Assembly: GCA_963733035.1 (NCBI GenBank)
Contig: CAVTBU010000004.1
Span: 64,001-128,000, forward strand
From: Pirellulales bacterium
Lineage (GTDB): Bacteria > Planctomycetota > Planctomycetia > Pirellulales > PALSA-1355
DNA: 64,000 nt
Direction of reading: 5' to 3'
In this document: positions 22,090 through 29,908 of the stretch, one piece after another
How the letters are laid out: each line of letters opens with the position of its first letter
Numbering within the stretch: position 1 is the first letter of the stretch
The notes under the pieces: model-generated
Database searches by the model: none
What the model saw: only the letters and a program-made list of their open reading frames with translations
Told to the model about the DNA's origin: nothing
Translations under genes and position numbers: made by a program

Positions 22090-22498
22090 ATGAGCGAAGC
22101 AGGCCCCAATCCGACCCCTGCCCCTAAGCGACGATGGTTCCGATTCTCTTTGCGGATGCTCGTTGTCGTCGTCATGCTGTTCGCGCTCTGCTGGTTGGGA
22201 TACGAATTAAATTGGATTCGGGAGCGTCACCAAATCGTGGCGCGCCAGTTCGTTCGATTTCAGCTACTCACCCAACCCATAACCGGCGTCGCAGTCTACT
22301 CGCCTGCCCCGACCACTCCTCCGCTGTCGGTGCGCTGCCTCTCATGCTTCGGCGAACCCGCGCGAGATGGTGATCGTCGTCCTCTATGACGAGGAAGGCC
22401 ACCGCGAGCCGAGCGAACAGCACACATACGAGCTCAACAGAGCCCGCGAAATGTTTCCGGAATCGGCAATTGCTTGGTACCTGACGGATGATTTCTAG
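22090..22498 (+). CDS. Small membrane-anchored protein with a PKRRWFRFSLR N-terminus; apparent frameshift near 22361
   Basis: -10 TAAAAT sits 6 nt before the ATG; basic-aromatic motif then a TM segment; continues in another frame to TAG at 22498. Confidence 0.6.
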
Positions 22499-22643
22499 CT
22501 AGACAATCCTGTCCAGCACGACGGTTCACGTATCGCAGAGCGTCCGTTCTAGTTCGTCAAAGTCGTATTGCGGCCGTATCGTCCGGGCTGGCGCGGCGGG
22601 CGGCTGGCACGGGTTGGATCAGCAGAATGTCTGGCTGGCTGGT

Positions 22644-22877
22644 TCACGTCGAAGGCGCCGGCGGGCGGCCGACGTTGTCGCAACTCAGGTAGTGCAATTC
22701 CAGGTGCAGGTCCTGCAACTTCTCGCGGGCCCGGCAGACCAGTACGAGCAGGCGGTCGTCGTCGGAGAATTGCTGGTCCCGCATTCGCTTTTCCAGCCGC
22801 GCCAGATACGCCATCATCGGGCGAACGCGCGCGGCGAGGGCCGAAAGCTGGTCGTCAGTGAGTTGGTCGGAACGCAT
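22644..22877 (-). CDS. 77-aa helical hypothetical protein, apparently leaderless
   Basis: MRSDQLTDDQL...YLARLEKRM...LHYLSC; consensus-like promoter ends 6 nt upstream. Confidence 0.65.
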   Translation of the reverse strand: MRSDQLTDDQLSALAARVRPMMAYLARLEKRMRDQQFSDDDRLLVLVCRAREKLQDLHLELHYLSCDNVGRPPAPST

Positions 22878-22883
22878 GGGAAT

Positions 22884-22912
22884 AATGTACATATGTATAC
22901 ATTTCATGCCAA
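22884..22912 (-). promoter_or_regulatory. Sigma-70 promoter overlapped by a palindromic operator
   Basis: TTGGCA-N17-TACATT-N6-ATG; AATGTA-N8-TACATT inverted repeat and perfect TACATATGTA palindrome in an AT-rich patch. Confidence 0.65.
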
Positions 22913-23016
22913 GCACCTTTGGCGGGGGGCTCGTGCGACTTTCAGAGTGCCAGCGTTTCGCGCACCCATCGCCGCGCACGAAATTCCGCCGGACCACCGA
23001 ATGCCGGGCGTCGCCA

Positions 23017-23556
23017 TCAGGTCGCGCAGCACGCCGTCAGCTTGAGCACGGTGTTCCAGTTGCGCCCCGTGCCGCGGGTGGCCAGGTGTTTTTCGATGGC
23101 GGCGCCGGAGAGCTTTGAGGTACCGATCCCATCCGGGTAAACGATGTACAACTGTTTGCCGCGTGGCGCAGGGTTTCGCGGCCGCGAATGGAGTCTTTAA
23201 GCGTTTGCACAGGCCGTGTCCTGGCGGTCTCTTTGAGAAACATTACCACCAGGTGCGACGGATCGCGCTCGGCCTCTCGGGGAAACGGATTGTCGGCCAA
23301 CACGCGCTGAAATTCCTTGGCCGAACGGACCAGATAGTCAACGTCGATGCCAAAACGCCGCTTCGTCTCGGCCTCGAGCCGCCGCTCGAGCGACGCGGTT
23401 TGGGCCGGGCTGCCGTGGAACACAACGTTACCGCTTTGCAAAAGCGTTTGCACGTCGCAAAATCCAAGCCCGCCGAACATCGCGCAGGTCGGCCATGGCG
23501 ATGCGATTGCGTCCTCCAACATTAATGGCTCGCAGCAGTGCGACGTAGGCTGGCAT
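23017..23556 (-). CDS. DUF1697 family protein; apparent frameshifts near 23483 and 23167
   Basis: YVALLRAINVGG, LQSGNVVF, NPF and GTGRNWNTV motifs spread over three frames. Confidence 0.85.
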
Positions 23557-23687
23557 GGATTTTCCTTCGTTCGCCCGTGCGCGGAGTGCCGGCCGGTCGC
23601 CCGGCGCTGTTCGCTCCGACTATTTGACCCGATCGACGCCGGGCAGCACAATGCGCGAAACGCCAAGCTCATCGTGCGAGGTTATCC

Positions 23688-24263
23688 ATGCTCGAGATTG
23701 CCATCCTGCTCGGTTCGGTGCGTAGTGATCGCATCGGTATCAAGCCCGCGCGATACTTGGAGCGGAAATGCCGCGAGCGCGGTCTGGTCACAACGCTGGT
23801 CGATCCGGTTGAGTATCGCCTGCCGCTGCTCGACCGGATGTACAAGGAACATCCACCGGGGAAGGCACCCGAGGTGCTCGAACGATTGGCCGAGATCATC
23901 AAGAGGGCCGACGGGTATCTGATCGTCTCGGGGGAATATAATCACTCCATTCCGCCCGCCCTGTCGAACCTGATCGATCACTTTTTGGAAGAGTACTTCT
24001 TCAAGGCGTCGGCCATCGCCTGCTATTCGGCCGGTTCGTTCGGCGGCGTGCGCGCGGCGATGCAATTGCGGGCCATGCTCGCCGAGATCGGTACGGCCAG
24101 CATCCCTTCGCTGCTCCCATTTCCCAAAGCGCATGACGCCTTCGACGACGAGGCCAACCCGATCGATCCGCGCACGGATCGATCAACCGACCGTTTTCTG
24201 ACGGAGTTTGAGTGGTTCGCAGGCGCTCTGAAACAAGCACGGGCGAGCGGCACTCCGTACTAG
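23688..24263 (+). CDS. NADPH-dependent FMN reductase
   Basis: GSVR, EYNHSIPPALSNLID and YSAGSFGGVRA motifs. Confidence 0.92.
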   Translation: MLEIAILLGSVRSDRIGIKPARYLERKCRERGLVTTLVDPVEYRLPLLDRMYKEHPPGKAPEVLERLAEIIKRADGYLIVSGEYNHSIPPALSNLIDHFLEEYFFKASAIACYSAGSFGGVRAAMQLRAMLAEIGTASIPSLLPFPKAHDAFDDEANPIDPRTDRSTDRFLTEFEWFAGALKQARASGTPY

Positions 24264-24351
24264 GCAAGAAAAAATGCTTGCCAGACAAACGGCAGATAGC
24301 TACATTGGCGAAACTGACACCACCCACTGTAGCTACCTGGGGGAAAATCCG

Positions 24352-25803
24352 ATGTATCGGCCACGCACGTCTTTGGGCCGGGTCCTGCCAATTTGCCTGG
24401 CGCTGACGTTGTTCTTGGCGGCCGTGGCCCACGCGGCCGAGCTGGTCGACGTCGTGCGGCAGGTGGAAAACTCGGTGGTCCGCGTCAACACCGACGTGGC
24501 CGTCGGCAGCGGAGTGATCGTCGGCGATGAGGGGTTGATCCTGACGAACTATCATGTGATCGAGGGGGCCCGCAGGGTCGAAATCGTGCTGCGAAGCGGC
24601 CAGAAGCTGACCTGTTCGGGTTACCTGATCGTTGACCCGACGCACGATCTGGCAGCACTGCGTACCCCGAAGCTGCCGGCCGGTTCAGCGATGAAAATTG
24701 CGGCCGGATTGCCCCCCGTGGGTGAGAAGGTGGCCGCGTTCGGCAATCCGCAGGGGTTTTCGTTCACCACGTCCGAGGGCATCGTCTCGGCCGTGCGGAG
24801 CGGCCAGGAAGTCGAGCAGACGATCGGTAGCGCCGAATATCAGGCGTTGGGATTCGCGGTCGATGCGACCTGGGTGCAAACCACCGCCGCCATCTCGCAC
24901 GGCAATAGCGGCGGTCCGCTGGTGACCATGGAGTGCGAGTTGGTGGGCCTCAACACCTGGAATCACACGGACGGGCAGCAGCTGAATTTTGCAATCAGCG
25001 TGGTCGATGTCCGGCGCGTGCTGGCCAAGATCAATGACCGTACGCCGGTGCAAGGCTTCGACACACTGCCCAAGATTCGCAGCACGCCGATTGCCGGCGA
25101 TTGGAAAGGACCGCGCGAGCCGTTTCGGCTGGAATTGCCGACGGGGCGCGTATTCGGCTTCGAAGTGTTTTTGACCGACGCCAGCGCACTGGGCAAACTG
25201 GCACAAACGACCAAATCGGATCGGGTCGTGATCAGTCATCCCAACGGCGCGATGTACGCGGCGGCTGAGCAACAACACGGCGTTCTGCACGGACTGACCG
25301 TGGCGCAGTGGGACAATCGGGAACCCATGGTCCACGTTAGCTACATCGACGGCCGCCGGCACGGCCTCTTGAAGACCTGGGACGAGGCGGGCGACCCGGT
25401 GATGTTCGGTCAGTACGAACGCGGGCGGCGCAGCGGGTTCACCTGCCTGTTCGAAGACACGGCGCCCGTCTTGATCGCCCAGTACGACAACAATCGGCTG
25501 GAGTACCTGCAATTGATGTCCGGGCTGACGCCGCGGGAAGGATTCGCCAGCGAGGAAGAGGCGCTCAAAAACCCCGCGGCCAAGGCCTACCTCGACCGCC
25601 TCGAAGAGCTCGACGCGAAGCTGAAGAAAAACGAAGTGCAATTCCGCCGGCAGGTCAAACAGATCGAGATTGAAAAACGGCGGGAACTGGCCGCCCGGCT
25701 CGGACCCAAGAAGCGCGCCCTGGAATCGCAGCGGGCCAAGCAGCGCGCCGCCGCCGAGAACGCCTTCATGCAGCGGATTTACCGCCTGGCCAACGGTCGC
25801 TAA
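24352..25803 (+). CDS. Secreted trypsin-like (S1C/HtrA-type) serine protease with MORN/YwqK-like repeats and a coiled-coil tail
   Basis: GSGVIV, LTNYHV, DLA and AISHGNSGGPL (catalytic triad); HG..HG repeat units; no PDZ domain seen. Confidence 0.85.
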   Translation: MYRPRTSLGRVLPICLALTLFLAAVAHAAELVDVVRQVENSVVRVNTDVAVGSGVIVGDEGLILTNYHVIEGARRVEIVLRSGQKLTCSGYLIVDPTHDLAALRTPKLPAGSAMKIAAGLPPVGEKVAAFGNPQGFSFTTSEGIVSAVRSGQEVEQTIGSAEYQALGFAVDATWVQTTAAISHGNSGGPLVTMECELVGLNTWNHTDGQQLNFAISVVDVRRVLAKINDRTPVQGFDTLPKIRSTPIAGDWKGPREPFRLELPTGRVFGFEVFLTDASALGKLAQTTKSDRVVISHPNGAMYAAAEQQHGVLHGLTVAQWDNREPMVHVSYIDGRRHGLLKTWDEAGDPVMFGQYERGRRSGFTCLFEDTAPVLIAQYDNNRLEYLQLMSGLTPREGFASEEEALKNPAAKAYLDRLEELDAKLKKNEVQFRRQVKQIEIEKRRELAARLGPKKRALESQRAKQRAAAENAFMQRIYRLANGR

Positions 25804-25891
25804 CCAAACGGCTCGACGTTCGCTCGGGGCGCCCGCGCCCCGTATCGGGCATCATTCACGCTCCCAGCTGCCAAGCGCGCACTTCGGCGCG

Positions 25892-27226
25892 CTACCGGTA
25901 GTTCACCATCACGTCGCTCATGGTCTCGGGCGAGATCGCCCCCTCGTCGACCAGGTTTTGCAGCGAGGTTTGCATTGAGACCATGCCGAACTTCTTGCCG
26001 GTCGTAATCACGTTCCGCAGGAAGAATGTGCCCCGGTTGCGAATGATGTGCTTGGTGGCCTGATTGACCACCAGAATTTCACTTGCCACGCGTTTGCCGC
26101 CGTCGCGCGTGGGCACCAGTTCCTGATGAATGATACCCACCAGCGTGTCGGCCAGCACGTAGCGAATGTGGCCTTCGTCTTCGATCGGCACGAAGCTCAA
26201 CAGCCGCTCGATGATCTTGTCAATCGACATGATGTGCAGTGTCGAAAGCACCAGGCAACCGGTCTCGGCCGCGGTAAGCGCGATGCGAATGGTCTCGAAA
26301 TCGCGCATTTCGCCGATCGAAATCACGTCAGGATTTTGTCGCAGGGCCGCCCGCAGGCCGCTATGAAAGTCCGCCGTGTCGCGTCCGATCTGCCGCTGCC
26401 GCACGAGGCCCACCTTGTTCGTATGCAGGTACTCGATGGGATCCTCGATGGTAATCACGTGCCGCGGCTGGGATGAGTTAATCTCGTCGATGATGGCGGT
26501 CATCGTGGTCGTTTTGCCCTGGCTGGCGCTGCCGGTCAGCAGCACCAGGCCCTTGGTCGCCGAGGCCAGGTCGCGCACCACGTCGGGCAATTTCAACTCG
26601 GCCAGCGTCTTGGGCCGCTGAGCCAAAATACGGATCACGGTGCCGACGTCGCCGTCGAAGTAGCCGACGTTGACGCGATAGCGGCCGTAGTCGTCGATGG
26701 CCATGTAGTCGAAGTCGAGGTCCTTGCGAAACTGGGCCTCCTGGTGCTCGTTGAGCAGTTGCAGCGAAAGCCGCTCGCTTTGCTTGCTGGTGAGCGGCTG
26801 CTCGGTGGCCGGCACCAGACGGCGAGCGATGCGAAACAACACCGGCGAACCTGGCGCCACATGAATGTCGCTCACCTTGTGCGCTCGACCGTGCCTGAGT
26901 ACCTCGTGAATCGAAAGCTGGTCGAGCGGCGTCTGCAGCCTTGAAATCGTGGGGATGGCGGTCGGTCGCTCGGGCGCGAGCAGCGAATCGGGCTCGATCT
27001 CTTGGATCGAGGGGGCCACGCGCTGCGGCCGTCCGGTCTTGGGCCCGACGTTGATGTTCGGCGGCGCCACCGTGGCTGCCCCGCTGGGCACGGCGGCCAC
27101 CGGAGCCGAGGCGGGAATCTTCACCACCCCCCGGCAATGCGTGCAGTTGACCTGCTGCTCGCGCGGCTGTGGTTCCACCTGAAACGTACCGGCACAGTGC
27201 GGGCAGCGAAAGCGAACGGGCGCCAT
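25892..27226 (-). CDS. pilT: PilT/PilU-family ATPase with an N-terminal zinc ribbon
   Basis: SDIHV, GSASQGKTT, TIEDPIEY, ALRQNPDVI.IGEMRD and AETG.LVLSTLH motifs; N-terminal CPHC...CTHC. Confidence 0.82.
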   Translation of the reverse strand: MAPVRFRCPHCAGTFQVEPQPREQQVNCTHCRGVVKIPASAPVAAVPSGAATVAPPNINVGPKTGRPQRVAPSIQEIEPDSLLAPERPTAIPTISRLQTPLDQLSIHEVLRHGRAHKVSDIHVAPGSPVLFRIARRLVPATEQPLTSKQSERLSLQLLNEHQEAQFRKDLDFDYMAIDDYGRYRVNVGYFDGDVGTVIRILAQRPKTLAELKLPDVVRDLASATKGLVLLTGSASQGKTTTMTAIIDEINSSQPRHVITIEDPIEYLHTNKVGLVRQRQIGRDTADFHSGLRAALRQNPDVISIGEMRDFETIRIALTAAETGCLVLSTLHIMSIDKIIERLLSFVPIEDEGHIRYVLADTLVGIIHQELVPTRDGGKRVASEILVVNQATKHIIRNRGTFFLRNVITTGKKFGMVSMQTSLQNLVDEGAISPETMSDVMVNYR

Positions 27227-27499
27227 GGGCGTTCCTCTCCTAGCACGGGCAAGCGCCCGGCCATTTCTGGACTGGGATTCACTGTTCCTGGGACCTCTAG
27301 TCTACACCGGGAAGAGAGCCGGAGCAGCATGCCGCGCGACAGACGGGAAACTGTCGGTTGCAAACGCAACGATCGCGGGGAGTTTTCAGGCGGGAATGCG
27401 GTGAGCGCGGCTCGACGCGAAAAAAGAAACCCCGATGGCGTAGCGTGGGCGGACCTCGTCCGAGTGATGGGGCATCTTCACGCGCGGTAGAATGTTGGC

Positions 27500-27628
27500 A
27501 TGGAACCAACCCAGCTCATATTCAGAGCGGTCCAACAGGTGATTCAGTGGTCGGTATGGGCAGCGGTGATACTGGCGGCATCCGTGACACTGGCCTGGCT
27601 CTTTTATCGGCGCCCCCGACCACCGTAG
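27500..27628 (+). CDS. 42-aa single-TM microprotein, apparently leaderless (absent from the ORF track)
   Basis: TAGAAT(27488-27493)-N6-ATG; MEPTQLIFRAVQQVIQWSVWAAVILAASVTLAWLFYRRPRPP. Confidence 0.6.
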   Translation: MEPTQLIFRAVQQVIQWSVWAAVILAASVTLAWLFYRRPRPP

Positions 27629-27690
27629 TCCTAGGACACTACCGACAGGCGCGGGTAGTGGGTGATTAGTGTGTGCAGGGGCGGAGGCGC

Positions 27691-27984
27691 CTATGGACCG
27701 CCGCAAATCAAAGCCAGTAACGGAATGACTACAACGAGAATCGGCACGACCGCTATGCATGCCCCCACAATTGCCCCCTTGAACCACATTCCAAACAGAG
27801 CCCCACACGCCGCTCCGAGAAAAGTGGCGGTCAGGAATACCAAACACAACGTGGACATAATGCTCGTTCCCCACGGGAGCCTCCAGACCGCCAATCCACA
27901 CCCGATGAAGAACGTGCATAAGAAGATGCGTCGAATCGTGCTCCCAGCTGTGCGCTCCCGCGTTTCGTCAACGGCTTCGCTCAT
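27691..27984 (-). CDS. Small multi-TM membrane protein (cassette passenger), apparently leaderless
   Basis: TAGAAT-N6-ATG; starts MSEA; about three hydrophobic helices. Confidence 0.65.
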   Translation of the reverse strand: MSEAVDETRERTAGSTIRRIFLCTFFIGCGLAVWRLPWGTSIMSTLCLVFLTATFLGAACGALFGMWFKGAIVGACIAVVPILVVVIPLLALICGGP

Positions 27985-28064
27985 TCCGGCATTCTAGCAG
28001 GGGAGCGGACGCGCACGAAAAAGCCCGCGAGGAACTTTTCCGCCTCGCCGGCTATACTGGCAGT

Positions 28065-28388
28065 ATGAGCGAGGCATGCGACAAACCGCGATCGCGTAGA
28101 AAAAGTTCCGCCGGAATTTCGGTTGCGCTGACTTGCGGTCTAATTACTGGCTCGTCTCTGTTTCAGAGTTCCGGCATCCTTCCCTCGATTGCCGGATTCG
28201 CAGTAACCGCTGCAATGGCCTTTGGGCTCTGGTGGCTTGTCGATCCGCGAAAGAGTCATTGGACCGGGCTTCTATTGGCGGTCGTGCTCACTGCAGCCGC
28301 AGCAACTATTCTGGTCACCACGCCCGTCCTCCCCGACCTCCTGACCTGGGCAGGTTTCTTCGACATCGGCCCAATCCCTGACCCGTAG
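28065..28388 (+). CDS. Small multi-TM membrane protein (cassette passenger), apparently leaderless
   Basis: TATACT-N6-ATG; starts MSEA; about three hydrophobic helices. Confidence 0.65.
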   Translation: MSEACDKPRSRRKSSAGISVALTCGLITGSSLFQSSGILPSIAGFAVTAAMAFGLWWLVDPRKSHWTGLLLAVVLTAAAATILVTTPVLPDLLTWAGFFDIGPIPDP

Positions 28389-28496
28389 CCGTATCGGCAA
28401 TTCCAATTTCAGACTGACCCACTAGGTAGTGGGTGATTAGTCAGGCGCGACACGCCTTGAACCGCACGCCCCTTGGCCTTATAAATTGTTGTTTGG

Positions 28497-28580
28497 GCCG
28501 AAGTGGCGGAATTGGCAGACGCGCTAGCCTCAGGAGCTAGTCCGGGTAACCGGGTGCAGGTTCAAGTCCTGTCTTCGGCA
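28497..28580 (+). tRNA. tRNA-Leu (CAG); CCA not encoded
   Basis: Acceptor GCCGAAG/CTTCGGC, anticodon arm CTAGC-CTCAGGA-GCTAG, long variable arm, T-loop GTTCAAGTC; TTGAAC-N17-TATAAA upstream. Confidence 0.95.
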
Positions 28581-28724
28581 CTTTCTTGAAAGTTGCGGGG
28601 CGGATCGGCTCAAGTAGCCGCCCGCCCCGTTCTCTTTGGCTGCGGGGCGATTTACAATGCCTCCCCGGCGCTGCGTGCGTCAACTCTCCATGCCAGCCGA
28701 ACCGCCACCCCCTGCTCCGTCACT

Positions 28725-29841
28725 ATGAAAATCTCCCAAATCGTCTGCCAGATTCTTCGCATCGAAAACGTCGAGGCCAAAACGGCCAGCAGCCAGGACG
28801 CGGTGATCGTCCGCGTCCGCACCGACTCGGGTTTGGAGGGAATTGGCGAGGCGGACGCTTCGCCCGAGGTCGTCAAGGCGATCGTCGACGCGCCGTTCAG
28901 CCACAATATCGCCTGCGGCCTGCGGGAAATTCTCATCGGCGAGAACCCGCTCGAAACCGAGCGGCTCTGGCAAAAGATGTATCGCCGCACGATGTACTTC
29001 GGCCGCACGTCGGTTGGCATCGCCGCAATGGCCGCCGTCGACATGGCGCTGTGGGACCTCAAAGGCAAGCACTACCACGAGCCGATCCACCGGTTGCTCG
29101 GTGGCAAGCAACACGACAAGATTCGGGCCTACGCCTCGATTCTGTTCGGCCACGACGGCCAGGCCACGCGCGATATCGCCTGTCGCTGGCGCGATGCCGG
29201 CTACACGGCCGTCAAATGCGGTTGGGAACCGATGGGCACCAGCGAAGCGGTCGACATCGACCTGGTGCGCGGGCGCGCGAAGGGGTTGGCGATGGCACGC
29301 TGCTCGTCGACGCTGGCTGCGTGTGGGACGCGCGGACCGCCCTGCGGCGCGCCCACGCTTTCGCCGAGTTCGGCATCGAGTGGCTGGAAGAACCGCTGCG
29401 CGAGGACGATCTGGACGGCTACTGTTGGCTGCGCGACCGCTCGCCGGTGCCGATTGCCTCGGGCGAAGGAGAATGCGGCCGAGAAGCGTTTCGCCCCTGG
29501 ATCGATCGCCATGCCCTCGACGTTTACCAGGTCGACCTGTCGAGGTGTGGTTTCACTGACGCTGCATTTATTCGCGCGCGGGTCGAGGAGCGCGGGCGCG
29601 GCTCTGCAACCACAGTTACACCAGCCCGCTGACCGTCGCGGCCAGTTTGCATTGGCTGTGCACGTGCCGCGATGCGTTCCTGTTTGAAGACTGCGTGGAA
29701 GATTCGCCGCTGCGGCACGAGCTGACCACCGAGAAGGTGCAAGCAGTCGATGGCTGGATCACGCCGACCGAAAAGCCGGGCCTGGGCGTGACATTGGACG
29801 AGAAGTTTGTGAAGCGACATTTGGTCTGCGAGAGTTTATAG
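28725..29841 (+). CDS. Mandelate racemase/muconate lactonizing enzyme family protein; apparent frameshifts near 29270 and 29595
   Basis: AAVDMALWDLKGK, LLGG, AYAS, VDAG, WLEEP, IASGE and PGLGV motifs across three frames. Confidence 0.88.
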
Positions 29842-29908
29842 CGCAAGCGAGAATGCGTACCACGCAGCGTCGGCGCTGCCTCCGGGCGAGACTTGTGAGT
29901 GAGGAGCG

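Larger units (their letters stand above)
27646..28449. mobile_element. Putative non-autonomous gene cassette with 17-bp terminal direct repeats and an 8-bp flanking duplication
   Basis: CAGGCGCG(27646-53) + GGTAGTGGGTGATTAGT(27654-70) ... GGTAGTGGGTGATTAGT(28425-41) + CAGGCGCG(28442-49); no recombinase gene inside. Confidence 0.65.

Noticed and set aside
21676..22700. Other CACTAC/GGTAGTG matches (near 21677 and 22688)
   Set aside because: They lie inside coding sequence with no paired ends or duplications, so they are probably chance matches.
20768..23040. Intact prophage or ICE at tRNA-Met
   Set aside because: No integrase, structural genes or attR duplicate of the tRNA 3' end were found by eye.
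27419..27475. Possible structured RNA or riboswitch (A-tract, CCCC...GGGG, CGGAC-CTC-GTCCG)
   Set aside because: Pairing is imperfect and matches no family I recognise; it may be a minus-strand terminator.
27646..28449. CRISPR array or integron attC interpretation of the 17-bp repeats
   Set aside because: Only two copies, 771 bp apart. There are no cas or intI genes and no RYYYAAC/GTTRRRY box pairs.
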